Below, piece after piece: positions 38,186 through 47,536 of a DNA stretch of 64,000 nt. This DNA is from Acidobacteriota bacterium (GTDB lineage Bacteria; Acidobacteriota; CAIWXX01), in contig JBFMAF010000024.1 of assembly GCA_040755995.1 (NCBI GenBank), positions 64,001 to 128,000 on the forward strand, written 5' to 3'. Each line of letters starts with the position of its first letter. Position 1 is the first letter of the stretch. The notes beneath the pieces were generated by a model. That model was not told the DNA's origin, made no database searches, and saw nothing but the letters and a program-made list of their open reading frames with translations. A program made the translations under genes and the position numbers.

Positions 38186-39523
38186 TCACAGATGGTCCAC
38201 CACGGTGACCACGTCTACCAATCCGGTGCAACCGTACAGCACCGGGAGAATCTTCTCGGGGGCGTGCATCCTCCTCAACCGCACGACGGTCTCCGTGCCG
38301 GCCTGGTAGGCTGGAAGGTACATTCGTCCCAGCAGCGGATGCCGGCCCCAAGCGCCGGAAAGCTTGTCAGCGCGCTCGGCCGAGACGAGGAAGTCCCGCC
38401 GCAGTATCTTCTCCACCTCGTCCTTCGACCTGCCCTCGCCCCAAGCGAGCCACGATGACTGGTTCTTCGCCTGGTCCTGCAGAAGTGCCAGCAGCATCCC
38501 CAGCCGCAACTCGGGATCGTCCAGCTCGTCCACCGAGAACACTCCGTGTGCCATCAGCAGCGCATTGTTGGCGATACCCTCGGCGAGCGCCGCGAAGCGC
38601 GAGTTCATGGTCAGCACCGTGCCCTCGAACCCCACCTGGCCCAATGTGTAGAGCCGCTGGAGGAACGCGAAGGTCGTGACATGCCCGGGGACGACCTCGT
38701 GAGTGACCAGCCCCTTGAACTCAGGCATCGAGATCTCAAGCGCCGCGTTGATCTCGTAGGTGGCCTCGTACTGGGGCGCCCCGTCTGCACTGCGCGCGCG
38801 ACCTATGTAGTTCATCGATCCCGAGAACCACGCGTCATCGATCGGGAGGAAGCTGATGTTGGCCATCGGGACGCCGCGCAGCGCAGCTGGAAGATGAGGG
38901 AGAACGTTTCGTCGCGTGAGCGCCTCGTACTCGGCGATCACCGCCGCGGACTTGCCGGCCACCTCCCGCCCGGACACCATGCGATCACGCCGCCAGGCGT
39001 CCACCGCCTCGTTCAGGTCGCCCTCGACGCTCCGAAGGTGCCCGGCCCCCGCCAGGATCTCTTTCACTCGCTCGCGATCGGGGGATGGGTCGGATGGCTG
39101 CGGATCGCGCCCCGTCGACGCCCTGACGGCGCGCGTATACGGCACGCGGGCTCCGTCACCGATCAGCTCCAGCACCAGATCGTACATGACGCGGCACGAG
39201 TCGATCATGCTCAGCAGGAAAGCTCCGCGACTTCCACCGAGCTTGACGGCTCCGGCAGCCGCACCGGCCAGCGCATCTTCCAGCTTGATCGCGCGCGCGT
39301 ATTCGCGCACCGAGTCCCGATCGATCTCGCGAGCCGAGACACCGCCGGAGGCTCGGAGCTTTGCGGCGAGCGGGTGCGTGTAGCTCTCGGGAAGCGGCTC
39401 GCCGGAGAACCACGAATCGGCAATGAAACGTCCGGTGCCCGATGGATTCATGACGTCGCCGCCCCACAGAGTGTCGACGCCGAGAACGGCGTTGGCCAGT
39501 TCATGGTCGAGATCCGTCATCAT
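38186..39523 (-). CDS. Hypothetical protein, DUF885-like putative metalloenzyme
   Basis: THEVVPGH followed by EGIA, resembling the HExxPGH...EGWA pattern. Confidence 0.55.
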   Translation of the reverse strand: MMTDLDHELANAVLGVDTLWGGDVMNPSGTGRFIADSWFSGEPLPESYTHPLAAKLRASGGVSAREIDRDSVREYARAIKLEDALAGAAAGAVKLGGSRGAFLLSMIDSCRVMYDLVLELIGDGARVPYTRAVRASTGRDPQPSDPSPDRERVKEILAGAGHLRSVEGDLNEAVDAWRRDRMVSGREVAGKSAAVIAEYEALTRRNVLPHLPAALRGVPMANISFLPIDDAWFSGSMNYIGRARSADGAPQYEATYEINAALEISMPEFKGLVTHEVVPGHVTTFAFLQRLYTLGQVGFEGTVLTMNSRFAALAEGIANNALLMAHGVFSVDELDDPELRLGMLLALLQDQAKNQSSWLAWGEGRSKDEVEKILRRDFLVSAERADKLSGAWGRHPLLGRMYLPAYQAGTETVVRLRRMHAPEKILPVLYGCTGLVDVVTVVDHL

Positions 39524-39730
39524 GGCTGCCCACCTCCCGCCGGCCCCAGCCGGCTCTGCGAATCATGCAGGCACTCTGGGCGTTTCGTCAAGTGAGATCG
39601 GTTCTTCGGAATTCTTCCTGTGCTCGGTCGCCGCCCTCTGCTATCATCCCATCGCGGCACGGAGAGCTCGAAGCTCAGAGCCGCGTGGCCCGGGCGTGAC
39701 CGATCAGAACAAGCAAAGGAGGATTCTGGC

Positions 39731-40114
39731 GTGATCAAGAAGACCGCACCGGAAACACGCAAGTACCGATTGGACATGAATCAGAAGATACTCGACAGCG
39801 GGTTCAAGCCCTACCAGCAGTTCTGGGCCCTCGACAACAAGGCGTACCTCGAAGGTGCGATTCCGATGAAGATGAAGGAGCTCATGGGGCTGGTGGGGTC
39901 GATGGTGCTTCGCTGCAACGACTGCATCTTCTACCACCTGGACCGGTGCGTGTCAGAAGGCTGCACGGACCAGGAGCTTTACGAGGCCATGAACATAGCG
40001 CTCATCATCGGCGGCTCCATCGTCATCCCTCACCTCCGATACGCCTTCGAGATTCTGGAGCAGCTGCGAAAGCCCGAATCGAGGGAGCCTGGTGCGCCTG
40101 CGCAGTCTGCGTAG
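39731..40114 (+). CDS. Carboxymuconolactone decarboxylase/AhpD-family protein
   Basis: KMKELMGL..LRCNDCIFYH, IGGSIVIPH; GTG start after GGAGG. Confidence 0.85.
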   Translation: MIKKTAPETRKYRLDMNQKILDSGFKPYQQFWALDNKAYLEGAIPMKMKELMGLVGSMVLRCNDCIFYHLDRCVSEGCTDQELYEAMNIALIIGGSIVIPHLRYAFEILEQLRKPESREPGAPAQSA

Positions 40115-40196
40115 TCTGATCGGCCCTATCCATAAATGCGCGCGCTTCAGCCTCGCCAAAGAGGATCGCCAGAATGGCCGAGGTATCGATCACCAC
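40115..40196 (-). pseudogene. 5' stub of a VapC toxin
   Basis: VVIDTSAILAILFGEAEARAF is a PIN N-terminus; similarity ends at the convergent CMD gene. Confidence 0.7.
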
Positions 40197-40204
40197 CCCG
40201 GCTT

Positions 40205-40456
40205 TCAAAGCAGGCCTCTGTCGTCGTACCCCAGTATCCGGTCTGCGGGCCTCGTGTCCTGATCTGGCAACGATGCACAGTGGTTTGCGATTTCCTCCAT
40301 CACGCGGCGGTCACGGTTCACACGCCTGCCCATTCGCAGGCGGGTCAGGCGCTCTTCGAGCGACTGGATCACCGCCTCTTCCGGGCTCACGCCCGTCTCT
40401 CGCGCGATCTCGGCAGCCAGTTCAGCTGCCCGGCCGTTCAGTTCCTCGATAGGCAT
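40205..40456 (-). CDS. VapB-family antitoxin (Rv0623-like)
   Basis: LAAEIARETGVS..EAVIQSLEERL and C-terminal ILGYDDRGL. Confidence 0.8.
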   Translation of the reverse strand: MPIEELNGRAAELAAEIARETGVSPEEAVIQSLEERLTRLRMGRRVNRDRRVMEEIANHCASLPDQDTRPADRILGYDDRGLL

Positions 40457-40875
40457 CGTTCCGGTCTGCTTCCGGTGTCTCTACCTATCTCACGCCACCC
40501 CGCGCCGGTCCTCAAGACGCCTACGCGGCGGTCGCCGGCGCGGAAGCCCTGACTAGATCGTACACCGTCAGCGCTGCTGCTCTTTCGAACCGATCTACCG
40601 TATGGAGGAGACCGCGCTTTTTCGGCTTCAGAGGAAGCTGCTCATCGCAGGCATACGTGTTTGACCCGCTGCGGCGGTCCGTAAGGCTCCTCCCGTCGAT
40701 CCTCGCTATGCCTGTGCTCGCGATGCTCATCTCTTTGCCTCCTCACTCAGATACGCGAGATCCGCCTGAGACGGCTATCATCACCCGTTCGATCCTTTTC
40801 GACGAACCCGATGGCAGCCTGCCGGACGCCGCGAAGGGTGCTAGAATGCTGTGGAACGGAGGAGAGAGAGGATAG

Positions 40876-41493
40876 GTGCTGCTGACCATAGACCCTGAGC
40901 AACCCGAGCCCTGGCTGATTGCCCGCGTGGTGCAGACTCTGAAGCGTTCCGGCATAGTCGTCGTTCCCACCGATACCGTGTATGCCTTGGCTTGCGCGTT
41001 CGAGGGTGAGGACGGCATCGAACGCCTCTACGAGGTGAAGCAGATTCCGCCTGCGAAACGCCTTTCGCTAATGGTGCCCGACATCGCAACCGCCAGCCGC
41101 TTCATCAGGGGCATACCTACCCCGGTATATCGCACCATGCGGAGGGTGCTGCCCGGGCCATTCACATTCATCTTCGAAGCAAGCAGGGATGTGCCCCGCG
41201 TCATGCTCCGGAAGAGACGCACCGTCGGAATCCGAATACCGGACTGCCCCATCATACAGGCCGTACTGGAGGCTCTCGGCGTGCCTCTCATGACGACCTC
41301 TGTGACCACCGAACGCGGCACCTGGTTGCTGGATCCAATCGAAATCGAGGCGGACATCGGAGATCGAGTAGACCTCGTTGTCGACGGCGGCATCCTCGCA
41401 AATGAACCCTCGACGGTCATCGACTTGACTGGGCGACAGCCGGTCATCGTCCGCCAAGGGAAGGGCGACACATCGAGGCTGGATTTCCTCTGA
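40876..41493 (+). CDS. Sua5/YrdC/YciO-family protein
   Basis: VPTDTVYAL, LPGPFTFI, TVGIRIPD, PSTVIDL; the N-terminus is YciO-like. Confidence 0.9.
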   Translation: MLLTIDPEQPEPWLIARVVQTLKRSGIVVVPTDTVYALACAFEGEDGIERLYEVKQIPPAKRLSLMVPDIATASRFIRGIPTPVYRTMRRVLPGPFTFIFEASRDVPRVMLRKRRTVGIRIPDCPIIQAVLEALGVPLMTTSVTTERGTWLLDPIEIEADIGDRVDLVVDGGILANEPSTVIDLTGRQPVIVRQGKGDTSRLDFL

Positions 41494-41577
41494 GCCGGCC
41501 TGCGCCTGGGGCTCCTCGATCCGCTGCCACGGTTAGGGGGTACATGTCGATGATCGAATCGTCCCGTCTTGGATCTC

Positions 41578-41635
41578 TTGACATCGGCGCGGTTCCGGTC
41601 TATGATCGATCTGACTGGTCAGACCACTGACCAGT
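41578..41635 (+). promoter_or_regulatory. Sigma70 promoter plus FadR-type operator
   Basis: TTGACA-17 bp-TATGAT; ACTGGTCAGACCACT lies within the palindrome ACTGGTCAG-ACCA-CTGACCAGT (41614-41635), close to the FadR consensus AACTGGTCnGACCAGTT. Confidence 0.8.
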
Positions 41636-41658
41636 AACGGACTGATGGACTTGCGAGC

Positions 41659-42372
41659 ATGAACAACAACTGGGCGCCGCCAAAGCGGCCGACGGTCTAC
41701 GCGGAAGAAGCGCTGATCGAGGCCGTGCTGAACGGAAAGTACCCGCCTGGGAGCACGCTGCCTGGCGAACGCGACCTCGCCGTGCAGCTTGGCGTGACTC
41801 GACCGACCCTTCGTGAGGTGCTCCAACGCCTGGCGCGCGACGGCTGGTTGACCATACGGCACGGCAAGCCGACCGTGGTGAACGACTACTGGCGCGAGGG
41901 CGGCTTGAATGTCCTCAGCGGGCTCGTCCGGTACAACCGGGAGCTGCCGGTGGATTTCGTCCCCAATCTTCTCGAAGTTCGTCTCGCGATGGCGCCTGCA
42001 TATGCGAGGGCCGCCGTTGAACGATCGGCGCCTGCTGTGGTCGAGCTGCTCGCCGCCCACGCCGACTTGCCCGACACTTCCGAGGCCTTCGCGTCGTACG
42101 ACTGGGAGCTGCATCACACGCTGACCCTGGCCTCGCGCAACCCCGTCTACACACTGATGCTGAACGGGTTCGGCAGCTTCTACGCGCGCATGGCGCGTCT
42201 CTATTTCTCCAATCCGGGCGCGCGCGCTGTTTCGCGCCGATACTACCAGAACCTGCTTGATGCGGCGCGGCGTCATGACGGGATCGAGGCGGAACGGATC
42301 ACGCGCGCGGTGATGTTCGAGAGCATCAGCCTGTGGAAAGCGGCTGAAGCTCAGATGGGGGGTGCGGAATGA
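41659..42372 (+). CDS. fadR: Fatty acid metabolism regulator FadR (GntR family)
   Basis: GVTRPTLREVLQRLARDGWLTIRHGKPTVVNDYW..GGLNVL and NPVYTLMLNGF match E. coli-type FadR. Confidence 0.9.
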   Translation: MNNNWAPPKRPTVYAEEALIEAVLNGKYPPGSTLPGERDLAVQLGVTRPTLREVLQRLARDGWLTIRHGKPTVVNDYWREGGLNVLSGLVRYNRELPVDFVPNLLEVRLAMAPAYARAAVERSAPAVVELLAAHADLPDTSEAFASYDWELHHTLTLASRNPVYTLMLNGFGSFYARMARLYFSNPGARAVSRRYYQNLLDAARRHDGIEAERITRAVMFESISLWKAAEAQMGGAE

Positions 42373-43961
42373 GACGCTGGAACGGCTGGGGCGACGACAC
42401 CATCACCTATCCTCTACCGGCGATAGCCTCCGGATTTCTGGGCAGCGCCGTCGGTGCGGGAACGCCTCCTGTTGACGCCGCGCTCGATCAGGTGTTGGCC
42501 GGCGTGCCGGCCTCGCGACTCCCTGCGCATCCTCTCGTATCCACCGATCCACTGGAGCGCGTGCGGCACGCGCGCGGGCAGAGCCTACCCGACTGGGTCG
42601 CGATGCGGTCCGGACGAGTCCCGGCATTTCCGGACGGGGTCTCGTACCCAACGACCCAAGACGATGTGCGCGAGCTGATCGCGTTTGCGAGGAGTGCGGA
42701 TGCACGGCTCATACCGTACGGTGGAGGCACCAGTGTGGTGGGTCACGTGAATGCAGAGCCCGGTGGCGCGCCGGTGCTCACGGTGGACCTGAGTCGAATC
42801 AGCCAGCTACTACGCCTGGATGGCGCGAGCCAGCTGGCGACATTCGGCGCCGGCATCAGCGGTCCGGATCTCGAAGCGCAGCTGCGCGCGCGGGGATTCA
42901 CGCTGGGGCACTTCCCGCAGTCCTTCGAGTACTCTACGCTCGGCGGTTGGGTCGTCACTCGCTCGAGCGGCCAGCAGTCGCTGGGCTATGGGCGCATCGA
43001 GCAGCTTTTTGCCGGTGGCCGGGTCCTGACTCCTGAGGGGACCCTCGACTTGCCTTCCTTCCCGGCGTCGGCTGCGGGGCCGGATCTTCGCGAGGCGGTC
43101 CTCGGCTCGGAGGGTCGCATGGGGATTCTCACCGAAGCGAGCGTGCGTGTGACGCCGCTGCCGGAACGCGAGGAGTTCCACGGAGTGTTCTTTCCCGATT
43201 GGGGACGCGCGATCGAGGGAGCCCGCGAGGTCGTTCAGTCGCGGCTTCCTCTGTCGATGCTTCGTCTCAGCACGCCGGTAGAGACCGAGACGACCATCGC
43301 GCTGGCGAGGCACAAGCGATTCATCGGTGCGCTCGAGACGCTTCTCTCCGCGCTCGGTGCCGGGTCGGAGAAGTGCCTTTTCATTCTGGGATTTCATGGT
43401 AACGATTCGGTCGTGCGGGCGTCGAGGAAGGAAGCCATCGGGATCGGCAGGAAGCACGGTGGCGTTCACGTGGGACAACTCTTCGGCAGGCTCTGGCACA
43501 AGAACCGTTTCCGAATGCCGTACCTGCGGAACAGCCTCTGGGAGCTCGGATACGCAGTTGACACGCTGGAGACCGCGACCACCTGGGCGAACGTACCGGC
43601 GATGCTGCCGTCGATTCATGATTCGCTCAGTCTCGCTCGTGCGGGAATCGACGAGAAGGTGCACGTCTTCTCGCATCTGTCGCATTGCTATCCCACAGGT
43701 TCGAGCATATACACAACGTATCTATTCCGGATCGCCCGGGACCCTGAGGAGACGTTGCATCGATGGCGGCTCCTCAAGTCGGCCGCGAGCAATACGATCG
43801 TGGCCAACGGAGGCACCATCAGCCACCAGCACGGCGTTGGTGCCGATCATCTCCCGTATCTGCGCGCCGAAAAGGGCGATCTCGGGATGAAGCTGATAAC
43901 GGGACTGTGTCGAGAGCTTGATCCACGGGGGCTGATGAACCCGGGCAAGCTCGTGGACTAG
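42369..43961 (+). CDS. FAD-linked oxidoreductase, alkyl-DHAP synthase (AGPS)-like
   Basis: WNGWG start, PYGGGTSVVG, GHFPQSFEYSTLGGW, GSEGRMG, SHQHGVG, MNPGKL. Confidence 0.85.
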   Translation: MRRWNGWGDDTITYPLPAIASGFLGSAVGAGTPPVDAALDQVLAGVPASRLPAHPLVSTDPLERVRHARGQSLPDWVAMRSGRVPAFPDGVSYPTTQDDVRELIAFARSADARLIPYGGGTSVVGHVNAEPGGAPVLTVDLSRISQLLRLDGASQLATFGAGISGPDLEAQLRARGFTLGHFPQSFEYSTLGGWVVTRSSGQQSLGYGRIEQLFAGGRVLTPEGTLDLPSFPASAAGPDLREAVLGSEGRMGILTEASVRVTPLPEREEFHGVFFPDWGRAIEGAREVVQSRLPLSMLRLSTPVETETTIALARHKRFIGALETLLSALGAGSEKCLFILGFHGNDSVVRASRKEAIGIGRKHGGVHVGQLFGRLWHKNRFRMPYLRNSLWELGYAVDTLETATTWANVPAMLPSIHDSLSLARAGIDEKVHVFSHLSHCYPTGSSIYTTYLFRIARDPEETLHRWRLLKSAASNTIVANGGTISHQHGVGADHLPYLRAEKGDLGMKLITGLCRELDPRGLMNPGKLVD

Positions 43962-43975
43962 AGCGGAGGTGTGAG

Positions 43976-45688
43976 ATGGAAAGAAACGAGATCTGGGCCA
44001 GTCTCGATCGGCCCTGGGACATACTGGTCGTCGGGGGAGGCATCACTGGAGCCGGAATCTTGCGCGAAGCCGCGCGACTCGGACTGCGCGCCCTTTTGGT
44101 CGAGCAGGGTGATTTCGCGTCGGGCACCTCCAGCCGCTCCTCGAAGCTCGTGCACGGCGGGCTGCGCTATCTCAAGGAAGGCAAGCTCTTGCTTACGTGG
44201 GAGTCGGTGCAGGAGCGCGAGAGGCTGCTCGGCGAAGCCCCCGGCCTCATCGATCCGCTCGGGTTCCTGCTGGCCACCTACCAGGGCGATCAGCCCGGCC
44301 GCTGGACGTTTAGCGCGGGCCTGACCGTATACGATCTGCTGGCGCTCAACTGGAGCCACCAGCACTACGGCGCCGAGGACTTCCAGATGCTCGCCCCGCG
44401 CCTCGACCAGGAAGGGCTGCAGGGCGGTTTCCGCTACGGGGACGCGCAGACCGATGACGCGCGCCTGGTGCTGAGGGTCATCCGCGAGGCCGTTGCCGAC
44501 GGCGGAGTGGCGCAGAACCATGTTGCTGCCGAGGAGCTGCTTCGCGAAAACGGCAATGTCACAGGGGCTCGGCTTCGAGATCGCATCACGGGCCGCGTGC
44601 AGGATGTGCGGGCCACGGTCGTGATGAATGCCACCGGTGCATGGGCCGACCAGCTGCGCGGCCAGATCGGCGCGGACGCACGCATCCGTCCGCTTCGGGG
44701 CAGCCACCTCATATTTCCCGCATGGCGATTGCGCGTTGCGCAGGCTCTGACGCTGCTCCACCCTCTCGACCGCCGCCCGGTATTCGTCCTCCCGTGGGAG
44801 GGGGTCACGATGGTGGGGACCACCGACGTCGATCACACCGAGCCGCTGGACCGCGAGCCGTCGGTGAGCCCCGAGGAGGTCGCCTACCTGATGGCCGTCG
44901 TCTGCGCGCGGTTCCCATCGTTGAACCTCGGGCTGAGCGACGTGATCTCGACTTTCAGCGGCGTACGGCCGGTAATCGGCACCGGCAAGGAGGACCCCTC
45001 CAAGGAGTCGCGCGACCATGTCATCTGGGAGGAGAACGGGCTCTTGACCGTGACCGGCGGCAAGCTCACGACCTTTCGCCTGATCGCGCTCGACGCGCTT
45101 GACGCGGTGCGGCATCGACTCCCAGACACGCCCCCTCCGGACCGCGCCAGGCCCGTGCTCAACCCGGTTCAGCTCGCCCTGCCCCACGATGTGCGACTGC
45201 CGGACACCGACTGGAGGCGCCTTCTGGGGCGGTACGGTGCCGATGCGCCGTCGGTCGTCGAGTCGGCAAGGCCGGGAGAGCTGGAGCGCGTCCCTGGAAC
45301 ACCCGTCTTCTGGGCCGAGCTGCGGTGGGCGGCGCGCGCCGAGTCCGTCGTGCACCTGGACGATCTTCTGCTGCGACGGGTGCGTCTGGGGCTGCTGGCG
45401 CCGGAGGGGGGCAGGGAGCATCTCCCCAACAGGATCCGGGCGATCTGCCAGGAGGAGCTCGGATGGGATGACAGGCGGTGGGCCGAGGAACAGAGCGCGT
45501 ACATCGAGCGGTGGAACGCACACTACGGCCTGCCCCGCTCGTCGTCGGTGCCCGACTGGCGAGCCTCCATCGCCACGGCGAAGAAGCGGAAACTCTCAGA
45601 CGTCTCGCGCCGGCTGCGCAAGGTGATGTCGGTCTTCGCCGGAGTCATCGGGGCGGTTGCCCTCGTGCTCGCCTGGCTCCGCTGGTAG
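43976..45688 (+). CDS. glpD: FAD-dependent glycerol-3-phosphate dehydrogenase family protein
   Basis: GGGITGAG, GTSSRSSKLVHGGLRYL, DDARL, GGKLTTFR; C-terminal TM tail. Confidence 0.85.
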   Translation: MERNEIWASLDRPWDILVVGGGITGAGILREAARLGLRALLVEQGDFASGTSSRSSKLVHGGLRYLKEGKLLLTWESVQERERLLGEAPGLIDPLGFLLATYQGDQPGRWTFSAGLTVYDLLALNWSHQHYGAEDFQMLAPRLDQEGLQGGFRYGDAQTDDARLVLRVIREAVADGGVAQNHVAAEELLRENGNVTGARLRDRITGRVQDVRATVVMNATGAWADQLRGQIGADARIRPLRGSHLIFPAWRLRVAQALTLLHPLDRRPVFVLPWEGVTMVGTTDVDHTEPLDREPSVSPEEVAYLMAVVCARFPSLNLGLSDVISTFSGVRPVIGTGKEDPSKESRDHVIWEENGLLTVTGGKLTTFRLIALDALDAVRHRLPDTPPPDRARPVLNPVQLALPHDVRLPDTDWRRLLGRYGADAPSVVESARPGELERVPGTPVFWAELRWAARAESVVHLDDLLLRRVRLGLLAPEGGREHLPNRIRAICQEELGWDDRRWAEEQSAYIERWNAHYGLPRSSSVPDWRASIATAKKRKLSDVSRRLRKVMSVFAGVIGAVALVLAWLRW

Positions 45689-45827
45689 CTGGTTCCGCGG
45701 GGCCTCGGCGGAGGACTCGCCGTGAACGTCTGCGTCTACGTCAACGTTCGCGGCACGCATCAGATGTCCGGATTGTCGCGCCTCGCTAGACTTCGCGGGT
45801 GTTTCGTGGGAAGATGGGCGCGTTCCA

Positions 45828-47390
45828 ATGAGCGGCGAGTACATCCTCGCGATTGACAACGGCACGCAGAGCGTTCGCGCGCTGCTGTTCGACCTGAAGG
45901 GGAATCTGGTCTGCAAGTCACGCGTGCCGATAGAGCCATACGTATCGCCGAAGCCCGGTTGGGCCGAGCAGAGCCCCGAGTACTACTGGGAATCGCTGTC
46001 GAAGGCATGCCAGGAGGTGTGGCAGCGGTGCGAAGTCAGCCGGGAAGCCGTAGCGGGCGTGGCGCTCACTACACAACGCGCGACCATGGTCAACCTCGAT
46101 CGCAGCGGCCGGCCGCTGCGCCCGGCGATTGTCTGGCTGGACCAGCGGCGGACGGAGGGACTCAGGCCCGTCGGAGGTGTCTGGGGTCTGGCGTTCAAGC
46201 TGGCGCGCATGTCCGCGACCGTAGCGCACTTCCAGGCCGAGGCCGAGGCGAACTGGATTCGCTCGCATCAGCCGGATGTCTGGAAGAACACGCACAAGTA
46301 CCTGCTCTTGTCAGGATACCTGACCCACCGCCTCACAGGACGCTTCGTCGATTCAGTCGGATGCCAGGTCGGGTACATCCCGTTCGACTACAAGCGGCTG
46401 AAATGGGCCGACGCCAACGACTGGAAGTGGCAGGCGATCGCTGTCGAGCCCGGGCAGCTTCCGGAGCTCGTGCTGCCCTCCGGCCGCCTCGGCGAGATCA
46501 CGGCCGAGGCGTCCGATGCGACGGGAATCCCGCGTGGATTACCGCTCATCGCCGCCGCGGCGGACAAAGCGTGCGAGGTAATCGGAGCAGGCTGCCTGGA
46601 ACCGCACGTGGCGTGCCTGAGCTACGGTACGACGGCCACGATCAACACGACGCACCGCAGGTACGTCGAGCCCATGTCATACATCCCGCCGTACCCGGCC
46701 GCCCTGCCGCACGCATACAGTATGGAGATCCAGATATACCGCGGGTACTGGATGGTGAGCTGGTTCAAGCAGGAGTTCGGACATCGTGAGCAACAGATAG
46801 CGCGGGAGCGCGGCATAGAGCCGGAGGCGTTGTTCGACGAGCTGGTCGACCAGGTGCCGCCGGGCTCGATGGGGCTTGTCTTGCAGCCGTACTGGTCGCC
46901 GGGTGTTCGGGTGCCCGGCCCCGAGGCCAAGGGGGCCATGATCGGATTCGGCGACGTGCACACCAGGGCGCACGTCTACCGCGCGATAATCGAAGGACTC
47001 GCCTATGCGCTGCGGGACGGAAAGGAGCGGTCGGAACGCCGCGCGAAGGTGCGGATCAGCGAGCTGCGCGTGGCGGGGGGCGGATCGCAGAGCGATGCCG
47101 CGATGCAGATCACGGCCGATGTGTTCGGCCTGCCCACGGCGCGCCCGCACGTCTACGAGGCGTCCGGCTTGGGTGCGGCGGTCGATGCCGCCGTCGGACT
47201 CGGCATCTATTCCGACTTCGGACATGCGGTCAGGGAGATGACTCGAATCGGCCGAGTCTTCGAGCCCGATCAGCGCGTCTCGAAAACGTATGACGATCTC
47301 TACCGTCGTGTCTACGGGCAAATGTACGCGCGACTGAAGCCGCTTTACGAGCAGATCCGCGACATCACAGGCTACCCTGCGCGAAAATGA
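45828..47390 (+). CDS. FGGY-family carbohydrate kinase
   Basis: [29 protein letters not shown]. Confidence 0.9.
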   Translation: MSGEYILAIDNGTQSVRALLFDLKGNLVCKSRVPIEPYVSPKPGWAEQSPEYYWESLSKACQEVWQRCEVSREAVAGVALTTQRATMVNLDRSGRPLRPAIVWLDQRRTEGLRPVGGVWGLAFKLARMSATVAHFQAEAEANWIRSHQPDVWKNTHKYLLLSGYLTHRLTGRFVDSVGCQVGYIPFDYKRLKWADANDWKWQAIAVEPGQLPELVLPSGRLGEITAEASDATGIPRGLPLIAAAADKACEVIGAGCLEPHVACLSYGTTATINTTHRRYVEPMSYIPPYPAALPHAYSMEIQIYRGYWMVSWFKQEFGHREQQIARERGIEPEALFDELVDQVPPGSMGLVLQPYWSPGVRVPGPEAKGAMIGFGDVHTRAHVYRAIIEGLAYALRDGKERSERRAKVRISELRVAGGGSQSDAAMQITADVFGLPTARPHVYEASGLGAAVDAAVGLGIYSDFGHAVREMTRIGRVFEPDQRVSKTYDDLYRRVYGQMYARLKPLYEQIRDITGYPARK

Positions 47391-47400
47391 CCTCGGTCGT

Positions 47401-47500
47401 CTCCGTACTCCTTCCCGTACCTGTACCCGTTCCCGTGCCCGATCACGGCCACAGGCCGGTGCGGGTACGCATTCCGGCCTTCGGCCTGGGTACGGGTAGG
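47401..47500. repeat. Hexamer-repeat/GGCCTTCGGCC palindromic intergenic element
   Basis: CCGTAC/CCGTTC units and an inverted GTACGGG arm; related element at 4239-4318. Confidence 0.55.
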
Positions 47501-47536
47501 TCAGGAGCTCCTCGGTCCCAGGCCGCGCCTCGCTAA

